Assembly: GCF_963921235.1 (NCBI RefSeq) | Contig: NC_086108.1 | Location: 20,770,001-20,834,000 of the forward strand | Origin: Mobula hypostoma | Taxonomy: Eukaryota | Reading direction: 5' to 3' | Length of the DNA stretch: 64,000 nt | Part shown: piece by piece, positions 40,110-53,459 of the stretch | Layout of the letters: each line of letters starts with the position of its first letter | How positions within the stretch are numbered: the first letter of the stretch is position 1 | Notes under the pieces: generated by a model | What the model saw: the letters and a program-made list of their open reading frames with translations, nothing else | Databases searched by the model: none | What the model was told of the DNA's origin: nothing | Position numbers and translations under genes: made by a program

Positions 40110-41275
40110 CTAATCAACTCCTGCTTCAGGGTTAATACGAATCAGCTCCAATTAACCTACCACCACAACAGGTCAATGACAGCTGCCATTTCTCTGGCTC
40201 TGCACTCTGCTTAAGACAATCTGGGCAACAGGAACTCATATATCAGGCTGCTGCAGAAAGAAGGCAAACACTCGACATTGGGGGACTGATGCTGGAGAGT
40301 CAGCAGCCATCAATTTCTGTACATTAACATATCACAAAACCTGTCCTGGGCTCAGCACATAGATTCAAGCACAAGGAAGGCTTGCAAGCTTTATCAATTT
40401 CTTAAAAAATTTAAGAAGGTTAAAGAAGTTCATCTTGTCACAAACACTAACAAATTTCTACAAATACAGTTGAAAGTATCCTGACTAGTTGTGTCAGGAT
40501 CTGATATACCAATTTGAATATGCAGGAATGCAAGAAGATGCAGAGAGTAGTGGATTTGGCTTAATACATCATGGGCACATCCCTGCCCAACATTGATAAT
40601 ATCTACAAGAAGGTTTTGCCTCAAGAAAGCAAAACCCGTCCATCTAAGATCCAACTTAAGAAGACTGAAGTCCAACTCCACCATGTTCAAGAACAGAAAC
40701 TTCCTTTTAACCATTTGGTTTTTGAACCAATTGATACACCCCTAATCATTAGAGTTTAGCTGTATCACTTTTCGTCCCTCTTCCCTCCGGGAGAAGGCTC
40801 AGGAGCTTGAAGACTCGTACAGCCAGATTTGGGAACAGCTTCTTTCCAACTGTGATAAGACTGCTGAACGGATCCTGACCCGGATCTGGGCTGTACCCAC
40901 CAAATATCTGGACGTGCATCTCAGTTTTTTTGTATTACCTTACTTTCCATTTTTCGAATTTTTCTATTTATGATTTATAATTTAAATTTTTAATATTTAC
41001 TATCGATTTGTAATCCAGGGAGTGGGAAGCGCAGAATCAAATATCGCTATGATGATTGTACGTTCTAGTATCAATTGTTTGGCGACTATAAAGTATAAAG
41101 TATTTTTGTTCTGTTATTTCTTGCAAAATAATAATAAATAATAACAAATAATAATGATTAATGTACATTTCTCTTATGAATCTTCTGTATCTGATGCCAT
41201 GTGCCTATGAAGCTGCTGCAAGTGAGTTTTTCATTACACCTTTGCATATTACAATAAACGACCTTGACTTTGAAG
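40110..41275 (+). mobile_element. Rex1 3' fragment containing a younger Rex1 3' fragment (about 40765-41103)
   Basis: Inner copy shares the 3' UTR and (AAAGTAT)n tail of the 57140-58622 element. Confidence 0.7.
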
Positions 41276-41424
41276 TATGATGACACATAGGTAAAGTGCC
41301 TATTAAGGCTTTTGGAATATTATCCCTTAAATAGAGAGGAAGTGAATTTTGAAATAGGTACATGCTACAAATGTGCAATCATTTGATAAGCCACATCTAA
41401 ACATAAAGCACAGACATTGTCACA

Positions 41425-42600
41425 ATGTAAGAATCAGAAACAGGTTTATTAGATGATGTGAAAATTGTTGTTTTGCAACAACAGTACAGTATAAACATAA
41501 AATTACTATAAATTACAAAACAAATAAATAGTGCAATAATGAATAATAAGGCAGTGTTCATCGATTCTGGACTGTTCAGAATCTGATGGTGGAGAGAAAG
41601 GTGTTTCTGAATCATTGAGTGTGCATCTTTAGGGCTCCTGTGCCTCCTCCCTGATGGTAGTAACAAAAGGGTCATGCCCTGTAAGGTGAACGTCTTCAAT
41701 GATGGATGCTGCCTTCTTGAAGCACCAACTCTTGATATCCTTGAAGATAGGAATGATTGTGCCTATGATAGAGCTTGCTGAGTCTACAACATTCTCTAGC
41801 CTCTTGCTATCCTCTGCATTGGAGTTTCCATTCCAGCCTGTGATGTAACCAATCAGAATGCTCTCCGCCAAAAATCAAAAGAAAGTTTTAAGATTATTTT
41901 GTGACATACCAAATCTCCTCAAACATCTGTCCTTTTCATGATTGCATCAATGCATTTTGCACAGGATGGACCCACAAGATGTTGACACCCAGGAACTTAA
42001 AGATCCTTACCCTTTCTACCACTGACAGCTCAACAAGAACTGGTGTGTGTTCTTCCAATTTCCCCTTATGAAGTTAACAATCAATTCCTTGCTGACATTG
42101 AGTGCGAGGTTGTGGTTGTTCTTACTGCCGCATGCCCCCCATCGCTGTCTTGAGTTTTTACCAGCAGTAGTGCTGAGATCTGTGAATTTATAGATGCTGG
42201 TTTAGCTGTGCTTAGCCACACAGTAGAGCAGTGGGCAAAGTACACATATTCGAAGTGCACCTGTGTTGATTGTCAGTGAGATGTTATTATCTATCTCTAC
42301 TGTCAATACATTCCTGATGAGAAGTCAAGGGTCCAATTGTAGAGATGTACAGAGGTTTTTTTTTAAACGCAAACACGAGGAATTCTGCAGATGCTGGAAA
42401 TTCAAGCAACACACATCAAGGTTGCTGGTGATGCTGCCTGGCCTGCTGCGTTCACCAGCAACTTTGATGTACGTTGCTTGAAGTACAGAGGTCCAGGTTT
42501 AGAAGCTTAGGATGGTTAATTCTGAGGGGATGATGGCATTGAATGCAAGCTGTAATCCATAAACACCAGTCTGGTCTATGTTTTGGTGTTGTACATGATT
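41425..42600 (-). mobile_element. Rex1/Babar 3' fragment
   Basis: ESILIGYITGWNGNS...CFKKAASII; AGAATCAGAAACAGG tail. Confidence 0.78.
42357..42482. mobile_element. Penelope-derived fold-back insert lacking the hammerhead centre
   Basis: TTCAAGCAACACACATCAAGGTTGCTGGTGA pairs with TCACCAGCAACTTTGATGTACGTTGCTTGAA; 10-bp TSD GTACAGAGGT (42347-42356, 42483-42492). Confidence 0.82.
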
Positions 42601-43019
42601 AGCCACAGTCTAGTCGATGCTTATGGGTTTTGTTGTCATCACTGAGAAATCTATGAAGATAGACTGAATTGTTGGAAAGTAATCAATAAAGGAGTTAAAA
42701 ACAAATATCCGAAGTTCCTGGATTTATTTAACTGATAACAGGAAACATGAGCGGTTGAGAAAAAGTTCTATGGACAGAGAACCACAGAAAATGTTTCAAG
42801 GTGATGACCTTTCATCAGAACATTTTCATCAGGCCAAAGACAGATGTCAAAATGGAATATTACAGTACCAAGAACTAGAGGCTTGGGGTCATCCATTCGA
42901 GAGTTCAGGGGCTTTCTGCAAAGCATTCACACATTCAGCATTTGGATTCTCCAATGAGGGAGGTTCACTGAAATGCTAGTACATCAGTGCTTCATTTGGA
43001 AGGAGTATTTAGGTCCATG

Positions 43020-43582
43020 GATGATTTAGGTACACCAGTACATGCGCTTGTTAATGCGGATATCTAATCAGCCAATCATATGGCATCAACTCAATGCATA
43101 AAAGCATACAAACATGGTCAAGAATTCAGTTGTTGTTCAGACCAAATCTGAATGGGGAAGAAATATGATTTAAGTGACTTTGATCATGCAATGATTGTTG
43201 TTGCGGGGCGGCGGGGGGGCTGGTTTGAGTATCTCAGAAACTGCTGATTTCCAGAGATTTTCACACACAACAGTCTCTGCAGTTTACAGAGAATGGTGCA
43301 AGAAACAAAAAAATAATCCAGCAAGCAGTAGTCCTGTGGGCAATAACACCTTGTTAATAAGCGAGACCAGAGGTGAATGGCCAGACTGGTTCAAGCTGAC
43401 AGGAAGGCAGCAGTAACTCAAATAACTTCGCATTACAACATTGGTGTGCAGAAGAGCATCACTGAATGCACAATACGTCGAGCCTTGAAGTTGATAGGCT
43501 ACAGCAGCAGAAGACCATGAACATGCACTCAGTGGCCATTTTATTAGGTACAGTAGGTACCGTACTAAGTTTCCACTGAGTG
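43020..43582 (+). mobile_element. Non-autonomous Tc1 derivative, copy 2, ending in a terminal hairpin
   Basis: AGLSISETADF...SHTTVSAVYREW transposase HTH remnant; 43526-43582 CACTCAGTGG...CCACTGAGTG followed by TA. Confidence 0.78.
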
Positions 43583-44599
43583 TAGATAGAAAGGACAGCT
43601 GTTATATCACCTACACCTGAATGGGGAAGGCAATTGGAGGGAATTGAAGAGTACAGTCAGTGGCAAATGACGCTTTGGACTGTTAGAAGATTTATTTAAC
43701 TCAGGAAGTAAACATGATCTCTTCCATTCCCTAGTCCAAGAATCCCATTGACATAAATGAGTTCTCTGGTCCGATACCATCCGCCACTTAACTTGCAAAC
43801 TAATCTGCTACAGTCCAGGATTAACTTGCATACAAATAGCTGAACAATGAAAGTTCTTTCCAGAGTTAACTGTTGGCATTTATGTTTCACACTAATTATT
43901 AAATACAAGAATATGAGAACATTTAAAAACATTAAAATCAACTCAAATGAAGAAAAGTAAATTGTCTTTAACTTGCTCTTCCATTTTGAAATGATTATCT
44001 GCATTAAAATCAATAGATTTATTGAACAATGGTTTAGTTGGCAGGGTACTCAGCCCAATTATTGGGAAGTCTATCAATATCTACACTCACCCACTAGATT
44101 CTATGAAGTGTTCACAATACAGGCCGTACCCAAGTTACATAAGTGCTCTGTTCCTGAGAAACATCAGCAAACCATTTCTCCTCCAGTCAAAACATGTACG
44201 TTTTATTTTGTTACCTATATTATATTGTTCCACCTACATTTGCTATAAGACTTCACCAAAGTTGGATATTACCTTGGTTTATTTACTTTCACCCTAACAC
44301 TACTCATAATTAAACTAATGAAATTTTTACTATACCCAGTCATAAATATCAAAACATTTTATTATTATTGCTACTACTATCACTACCATCTTGAAAATGC
44401 TTTAAAAATGTATGGGAGAATTTGTGAGAAACCAGGTTTCCATATTCAACTGATCCATAACCCTGTAAAGGAACATTATTACAATGGGTTGTTAGAAGTC
44501 TAGAATGTTTACTTTTGCTCAATTCCTCCATTCAAACATATTGTATGCAGATTTAACACACAGTTCACAGCTAAAATGTGAACTCAATCAGAAATTTTT

Positions 44600-47500
44600 A
44601 TAGAACATAGAATAGTACAGAACAGTACAGGCCCTTTGGCCCACAATGTTGTGCCGACCCTCAAACCCTGCCTCCCATATAACCCCCCACCTTAGATTCC
44701 TCCATATACCTGTCTAGTAGTCTCTTAAACTTCACGAGCGTATCAGCCTCCACCACTGACTCAGGCAGCGCATTCCATGCACCAACCACTCTCTGAGTAA
44801 AAAGCCTTCCTCTAATATCCCTCTTGAACTTCCCACCCCTTACCTTAAAGCCATGTTCTCTTGTACTGAGCAGTGGCGCCCTGGGGAAGAGGTGCTGGCT
44901 AACCACTCTATCTATTCCTCTTGTTATCTTGTACACCTCTATCATGTCTCCTCTCATCCTCCTTCTCTCCAAAGAGTAAAGCCCCAGGTCCCTTAATCTC
45001 TGATCATAATGCATACTTTCTAAACCAGGCAGCATCCTGGTAAATCTCCTCTGTACCCTTTCCAATGCCTCCACATCCTTCCTGTAGTGAGGTGACCAGA
45101 ACTGGACACAGTACTCCAAGTGTGGCCTAACCAGAGTTTTATAGAGCTGCATCATTACATCGTGACTCTTAAACTCTATCCCTCGACTTATGAAAGCTAA
45201 CACCCCATAAGCTTTCTTAACTACCCTATCCACCTGTGAGGCAACTTTCAGGGATCTGTGGACATGTACCCCGAGATCTCTCTGCTCCTCCACACTACCA
45301 ACTATCCTGCCATTTACTTTGTACTCTGCCTTTGAGTTTGTCCTTCCAAAGTGTACTACCTCACACTTCTCCAGGTTGAACTCCATCTGCCGCTTCTCAG
45401 CCCACTTCTGCATCCTATCAATGTCTCTCTGCAATCTTTGACAATCCTCTACACTATCTACAACACCACCAACCTTTGTGTCGTCTGCAAACTTGCCAGC
45501 CCACCCTTCTACCCCCACATCCAGGTCGTTAATAAAAATCACGAAAAGTAGAGGTCCCAGAACAGATCCTTGTGGGACACCACTAGTCACAATCCTCCAA
45601 TCTGAATGTACTCCCTCCACCACCACCCTCTGCCTTCTGCAGGCAAGCCAATTCTGAATCCAACTAGCCAAACGTCCCTGGATCCCATGCCTTCTAACTT
45701 TCTGAATAAGCCTACCGTGTGGAACCTTGTCAAATGCCTTACTAAAATCCATATAGATCACATCCACTGCACTACCCTCATCTATATGCCTGGTCACCTC
45801 CTCAAAGAACTCTATCAGGCTTGTTAGACACGATCTGCTCTTCACAAAGCCATGCTGACTGTCCCTGATCAGACCATGATTCTCTAAATGCCTACAGATC
45901 CTATCTCGAAGAATCTTTTCCAACAGCTTTCCCACCACAGATGTAAGGCTCACTGGTCTATAATTACCCGTACTAACCCTACTACCTTTTTTGAACAAGG
46001 GAACAACATTCGCCTCCCTCCAATCCTCTGGTACCATTCCCGTGGACAACGAGGACATAAAGATCCTAGCCAGAGGCTCAGCAATCTCTTCTCTCGCCTC
46101 GTGGAGCAACCTGGGGAATATTCCGTCAGACCCCGGGGACTTATCCGTCCTAATGTATTTTAACAACCCCAACACCTCCTCTCCCTTAATATCAACATGC
46201 TCCAGAACATCAACCTCACTCATGTTGTCCTCACCATCATCAAGTTCCCTCTCATTGGTGAATACCGAAGAGAAGTATTCATTGCGGACCTCACTTACTT
46301 CCACAGCCTCCAGGCACATCTTCCCACCTTTATCTCTAATCGGTCCTACCTTCACTCCTGTCATCCTTTTTTTCTTCACATAATTGAAGAATGCCTTGGG
46401 GTTTTCCTTTACCCTACTCGCCAAGGCCTTCTTATGCCCCCTTCTTGCTCTTCTCAGTCCCTTCTTAAGCTCCTTTCTTGCTTCCCTATATTCCTCAATA
46501 GACCCATCTGATCCTTGCTTCCTAAACCTCATGTATGTGGCCTTCTTCCACCTGACTAGATTTTCCACCTCACTTGTCACCCATGGTTCCTTCACCCTAC
46601 CATTCTTTATCTTCCTCACCGGGACAAATTTATCCCTTACATCCCGCAAGAGATCTCTAAACATCGACCACATGTCCATAGTACATTCCCCTGCAAAAAC
46701 ATCATCCCAATTCACACCCGCAAGTTCTAGCCTTATAGCCTCATAATTTGCCTTTCCCCAATTAAAAATTTTCCTGTCCTCTTTGATTCTATCCTTTTCC
46801 ATGATAATTATAAAGGCCAGGGAGCGGTGGTCACTGTCCCCCAGATGCTCACCCACTGAGAGATCTGTGACCTGACCCGGTTCATTACCTGGTACTAGAT
46901 CTAGTATGGCATTCCCCCTGGTCGGCCTGTCCACATACTGTGACAGGAATCCATCCTGGACACACTTAACAAATTCTGCCCCATCTAAACCCTTGGAACT
47001 AATCAGGTGCCAATCAATATTAGGGAAGTTAAAGTCACCCATGATAACAACCCTGTTATTTTTGCACCTTTTAAAATCTGCCTCCCAATCTGCTCCTCTG
47101 TATCTCTGCTGCTACCAGGGGGCCTATAGAATACCCCCAGTAGAGTAACTGCTCCCTTCCTGTTCCTGACTTCCACCCATATTGACTCAAAGGAGGATCC
47201 TGCTACATTTCCCACCCTTTCTGTAGCTGTAATAGTATCCCTGACCAGTAATGCCACCCCTCCTCCCCTTTTTCCGCCCTCTCTATCCCTTTTAAAGCAC
47301 TGAAATCCAGGAATATTAAGAATCCATTCCTGCCCTGGTGCCAGCCAAGTCTCTGTAATAGCCACTACATCATAATTCTCTGTATGTATCCAAGCTCTCA
47401 GTTCATCACCTTTGTTCCTGATGCTTCTTGCATTGAGGTACACACATTTCAGCCCTTCTACCTTACTGTCTTTACACCGTTTATTCTGCTTCTCTTTCCC

Positions 47501-48620
47501 CAAAGCCTCTCTGTATGTTAGATCTGGCTTTACTCCATGCACTTCTTTCACTGCTCTATTGCTCTGGGTCCCATCCCCCTCGCAAATTAGTTTAAACCCT
47601 CCCGAACCATGCTAGCAAACCTACCTGAAAGGATATTGCTCCCCCTCGAGTTCAGGTGCAACCCATCCAATCTGTACAGGTCCCACCTTCCCCAGAAGAG
47701 ATCCCAATGATCTAAAAATCTAAAACCCTGCTCCCTGCACCAATTCCTCAGCCATGCATTCAACTGCCATCTCCTCCAATTCTTAACATCTCTGTCACAT
47801 AGCACTGGCAGCAATCCTGAGAACGTCACCCTTGAGGTCCTGTTCTTCAGCCTTCTGTCTAATTCCCGAAACTCACACTTCAGGACCTCATCCCTCTTCC
47901 TGCCTATGTCGTTGGTCCCAACATGTATCACAACCTCTGGTTGCTTTCCCTCTTGTATCAGGATGTCGTGCACCCGGTCAGAGACATTCCAGACCCTGGC
48001 ACCCGGGAGGCAACAAACCATGCGGGTGTCCTTTTCACGTCCACAAATCTCCTGTCTGCTCCTCTGACTATAGAGTCTCTAATGACGACAGCTCTCCTCT
48101 TCTCCGTTCCACCCTTCTGCACCACAGGGTCAGACTCAGTGCCGGAGGCCCTGCCACCGTGGCTCACACCTGGTCGGTCGTCCTCGCCAACAGTATCCAG
48201 GACGTTAAACTTATTATTCAGGGGAATGGCTACAGGGGTGCTCTGCACTACCAGTCTGCTCACCTTTGCTTTCCCTCCTCTGACTGTCACCCAACGACCT
48301 GCTTCCGACAGCCTAGGTGTGACTACCTCCTGTAGCTCTCATCTATGACTGCCTCATTCTCCCTTATGAGTCGAAGGTCATCCAGCTGCTGCTCCAGATT
48401 CCTTACATGGTCTTCCAGATCGACCAGCCGTATGCACTTCTGGCAGATGTGACTCTGCGGGAGAGGGGCGTTCCCCCAAGACTGCCACATCTCACATGAG
48501 AGGCACATCACCGTCTCAGGAGACATTGTAAAAACTAACTGCGAGCTAGCTTGTCCTCCGCCTCTTCTCAAGTCAAAGCCTCAAAGCTCCACTCCTTCAC
48601 TGGCCCACTTTGGCCAATGT
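44600..48620 (-). mobile_element. Near full-length young CR1 LINE
   Basis: ORF1 in three frames (Cys motif CLSC...CQKC, coiled coil, esterase-like GTND...DGLH); ORF2 endonuclease 47003-47551 plus 793-aa endonuclease/RT 44661-47042 (FADD) separated by one frameshift; (CTATGTT) tail. Confidence 0.95.
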
Positions 48621-49159
48621 CATTCTGTATCTTGCATGTTGTTCAAGAACTTCAGGTCAATTCTCAATTATGTGTTTTGGTTATCAAAACATTATCTCAA
48701 CCAGCATACCAGTCACCACAATCACCACTCAGTGAGACTGCACTTTTACTTCTCCTACTATTGGGGAGCATTATACGAACTGTTACTGTCAATGTTTTCT
48801 ATTGATACAATTAACATTGGGAAATAGGAGGAACAAACTTGAAGCACCAGCTGGACAGAAGAGATAAGGTTATTAACATAATTAATATTACTGAAAATTA
48901 TATTGAACTTAATCAGATTAAAAAAAACTTAAATGATAATTGACAAGTACAATATAATTAGTTGTCTAATGACATGCTGAAATTTGTAATTGGCAAAATG
49001 ACCACTGATGTTAAAACTATTTTTTCGTAAAGTCAAACAAATTGGATGAGCTCATCCTGTAATTAAGCTATTTTGCTCTTTACCTGCCAGAATTTGTCTC
49101 AGAAAACAGGCAGTTGCACAATACACCATTGCTGAGAAAAACAAAACAGTAATTCCTAC

Positions 49160-49286
49160 CTAGATATGGAATACATGGAGTCATCTTCAAACTATTAATG
49201 TAATCCCTGAGCCTCTTGTAATTATCTTCTTTAGACACCAGATATTCTAATTTTTCAAAAGTTGTTTTATCTTTTCTGCTCAAAAG
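49160..49286 (-). CDS. RALGPS2: Ral GEF with PH domain and SH3-binding motif 2, internal RasGEF-domain exon
   Basis: ttttctttccacag|...|gtagga, 127 bp; [42 protein letters not shown](G); as I recall them, KRLRDY and MTPCIPY are RALGPS2 rather than RALGPS1 residues. Confidence 0.93.
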
Positions 49287-49912
49287 CTGTGGAAAGAAAA
49301 TTATGAAAAATAAACACTTATAACAATATTTAATAGTGATTACCTGTAGAACAAACATAACAATTACAGTATTATGGATACATCTGCATGTATCCAATAG
49401 CCAGTTACTCTTTTTCTAAATCAAAGTAAATCTTGAGGATTATGGGAGGCTACAATATTACTTACTACCTACTGATAATTCCTCTCAAGATGCCTCCTGC
49501 AGTGCATATGTTTGTGTATAACTACAGGGAATGGAGTTTCCATACCTGAATGGAGTTTTAATACCGTAAGAACATACAATGATATAGTTCCTAGTTAGAA
49601 TTGTATACAACTTAGAGGGGAAACACATATTAATGGAAATATTTCCACGTATCTGTCATTCTTGTTCACCTAGGAAGATGGTAGAGGTCATAGTTTTAGA
49701 AAGTGATTTGAAAGATGGTTTGACAAACTGCTGCTACACTATATATCTTAAAGATGATGCATAATGTCACCTTGCCATTCTGTTAAGGAGCAGTCTATAA
49801 TTAAGGTGGAGAACTAGACAGAAATTCAAAAGACTGCTGTGCCCAAAATAGTGCTGTACTTTTTGGTACTGTTCGAGCTGCACTCCAGAAAATGAAAACT
49901 TTGGTCACACTC

Positions 49913-51850
49913 CAGAAAATAAGCAACAGAAGGTAACTAAAAAGGCAATACGTGGAGAAAAAATGAAGTACGAAGGTAAACTAGCCAAGAATATAAAGGA
50001 GGATAGTAAAAGCTTCTTTAGGTATGCGAAAATGAAAAAAAATAGTTAAGACCAAAATTGGGCCCTTGAAGACAGAAACGGGTGAATTTATTATGGGGAA
50101 CAAGGAAATGGCAGACGAGTTGAGCAGGTACTTTGGATCTGTCTTCACTAGGGAAGACACAAACAATCTCCCAGATATAATAGTGGCCAAAGGACCTAGG
50201 ATAATGGATGAACTGAAGGAAATTTATATTAGGCAGGAAATGGTGTTGGATAGACTGTTGGGTCTGAAGGCTGATAAGTCCCTGGGACCTGATAGTCTGC
50301 ATCCCAGGGTACTTAAGGAGGTGGCTTTAGAAATCGTGGACGCATTGGTAATCATTTTCCGATGTTCTATAGATTCAGGATCAGTTCCCGTGGATTGGAG
50401 GGTGGCTAATGTTGTCCCTCTCTTCAAGAAGAGAGGAAGAGAGAAAACAGGGAATTATAGACCGGTTAGCCTGACGTCGGTGGTGGGAAAGATGCTGGAG
50501 TCAATTATCAAAGATGAAATTACGACACATAGCAGTAACAGGATCGGTCCGAGTCAGCATGGATTTACGAAGGGGAAATCGTGCTTGACTAATCTTCTGG
50601 AATTTTTTGAGGATGTAACTATGAAAATGGAGAAGGAAGAGCCAGTGGATGTAGTGTACCTGGACTTGCAGAAAGCCTTTGATAAAGTCCCACATAGCAG
50701 ATTAGTGGGCAAAATTAGGGCATATGGTATTGGGGGCAGAGTACTGACATGGATTGAAAATTGGCTGGCTGACACAAAACAAAGATTAGCAATTAATGGG
50801 TCCCTTTCGGAATAGCAGGCGGTGACCAGTGGGGTACCGCAGGGTTCAATGCTGGGACTGCAGCTGTTTACAATATATATTAATGATTTAGATGAGGGAA
50901 TTAAAAATAACATTAGCAAATTTGCTGATGACACAAAGCCAGGTGGCAGTGTGAAATGTGAGGAGGATGTTATGAGAATGCAGGGTGACTTGGACAGGCT
51001 GAGTGAGTGGGCAGATGCATGGCAGATGCAGTTTAATGTGGATAAATGTGAGGTTATCCACTTTGGTGGTAAGAACAGGAAGGCAGATTATTATCTAAAT
51101 GGAGTCAAGTTAGGAAAAGGGGAAGTACAAAAAGATCTAGGTGTTCTTGTACATCAGTCACTGAAAGCAAGCATGCAGGTACAGCAGGCAGTGAAGAAAG
51201 CTAATAGCATGCTGGCCTTCATAACAAGGGGAATTGAGTATAAGAGCAAAGGAGTCCTTCTGCAGCTGTACAGGGCCCTGGTGAGACCACACCTGGAGTA
51301 CTGTGTGCAGATTTGGTCTCCAAATTTGAGGAAGGACATTCTTGCTATTGAGGGAGTGCAGTGTAGGTTCACAAGGTTAATTCCCAGGATGGCGGGACTG
51401 TCATATGTCGAAAGATTGAAGCGACTGGGCTTGTATACTCTGGAATTTCGAAGGCTGACAGGGGATTTTATTGAAACACATAAGTTTATTAGGGGGTTGG
51501 ACACGCTGGAGGCAGGAAGCATGTTCCCACTGATGGGTGAGTCCAGAACCAGAGGCCACAGTTTAAGAATAAGGGGTAGGCCATTTAGAATGGAGTTGAG
51601 GAAAAACTTCTTCACCCAGAGAGTAGTGGATGTATGGAATGCTCTGCCCCAGAAGGCTGTGGAGGCCAAGTCTCTGGATGCTTTCAAGAAAGAGTTAGAT
51701 AGAGCTCTTAAAGAGAGCGGAATCAAAGGTTATGGGGATAAGGTAGGAACTGGATACCGATTGTGGATGATCAGCCATGATCACAGTGAATGGCGGTGCT
51801 GGCTCAAAGGGCCGAATGGCCTACTCCTGCACCTATTGTCTATTGTGTAT
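49913..51850 (+). mobile_element. Young 5'-truncated CR1 LINE with 24-bp TSD
   Basis: ORFs 50066-50815 and 50822-51877 in one frame split by a single TAG; (CTATTGT)n tail; AAAATGAAAACTTTGGTCACACTC at 49889-49912 and 51851-51874. Confidence 0.93.
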
Positions 51851-53459
51851 AAAATGAAAACTTTGGTCACACTCTAGACTTATGCCTAGCGATACACTGC
51901 AGATACCCAAAAGTGAATGGCCATTTGGGCTATGAGGTGAATTCAGAGAGGCTTCAGAGGATGCAGGAAATGAAGTGAATTCATAAAAACATAGCAGATA
52001 AAATATAAGATGGAAATAATCAAAAATAGTGACAAAATAAATAGAAAGTTGGAATACTTTTCAAATGATGTAAGAAGTGTAGTGTTCAAACAAACCTGGG
52101 TACCCTCACACATGAATCACTGACAATTAACATGTAGATACAAGGAAACAATTAGGAAGCAAACTAGATTTTGACCTGCATAGAGTACAAAATAGAGAAG
52201 CATTTGTGAGAAGGCATGTGGAACTTAGTAAACAGGTCCAATTTCACAACCTTAAAAACTGATATACTTTCAATTGGGGGGGTGTGCTTAAGTCAATTCC
52301 ATGAAATGACTTTCAGTGACATCAGTCCAATGTATCTGCCATCCTTGTTCTTCTGGGTGGTTTGCTTTTGGAAGAAAGATTTAGCAGATTAAATCTACAG
52401 GATACATAGAGTTGATGTTTTCCCCACTGGGGTGTTTAAAACCAGGGTTCAAAGTCTCACAAGAAGAGGTCAACCATTCAGGGCTGAGATAAGAAAATAA
52501 TTACATGATTCACCACCCAGAAAAACTGTAGGTATGTAATCGCTTTGCATATTGAAGACAGAGATCAATAGATTTTTATTTATTCTGGGAATCAAGGGAT
52601 ATAAAAATCAAGCTTGTTGTCATATGCACACATGTGCGCACAGGTGAAATGAAAAACTTCCTTGCAGCAACATCACAGGCACATAAGCATCATATATAGC
52701 ATTCTCAAGAAAAACAAATTAAACACAAATTATACCCAATTTTTAAAAGAAGGAACATAATTAGAACTAAAAAGTCAATTTTAGTGCAAAGTGATCAAAA
52801 TGGTCGAAGTGTTGCTAAATTCTAAGGTTGAGTCAGTTGGTTCAAGAACTGCAGAGTTGAAGGGAAATAGCTGTTCTTGAACCAGGTGGTGTGGGAATGC
52901 AGAGGGATCTGTGTACTCTCCCATATGATTTAAAAAAAGGTTGTGCATATACCGAAAATAAATACAAGAATTTAATACAAACATATGCAGGTTATGCTTC
53001 AGTAATGCAGAGCACTAATGAGACCATATCTGGAGTACCATTCCTGGAAAAGACAGATTGCCTTGAAGTCTTGAAGAGGGAGAAGGGACTTGAGTAAAAC
53101 ATAACAGATCCAGGAGACTGGACCAGGTGATGTAGACAGTATGATTCCTCTCAGAGGAACTCAAAGCAGGGATCACTATTTTAAAATGACAGTTCCCTCA
53201 TTTAAGACATATCAGGTGATTTTTTTTCTTCCCCACACAGAAAAACAGGAGTCTTTAGAACTCTTATGTAAAGGATAGTGGAAGCAGAACCTTAAATAAA
53301 GAAGTAGGTAGATATTTCAAAGTAAATTTTATTATTAAAATACGCATGTCACCATATAGTAGCGTGAAATTCATTTTCTTGCAGGCCTTCACAGTGGAAC
53401 AAAGAAATACAATAGAATCAAATGAAAATCTACACACAAAGACTGACAAACAAGCAATC

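Noticed and set aside
45351..48348. Plus-strand ORFs over the CR1 (likewise antisense ORFs at 50554-51726 and 57378-57971)
   Set aside because: Antisense shadows of LINE reading frames with no independent motifs
49080..49397. 105-aa ORF as a standalone gene
   Set aside because: Only 49160-49286 is coding, bounded by splice sites; the rest is intron read-through
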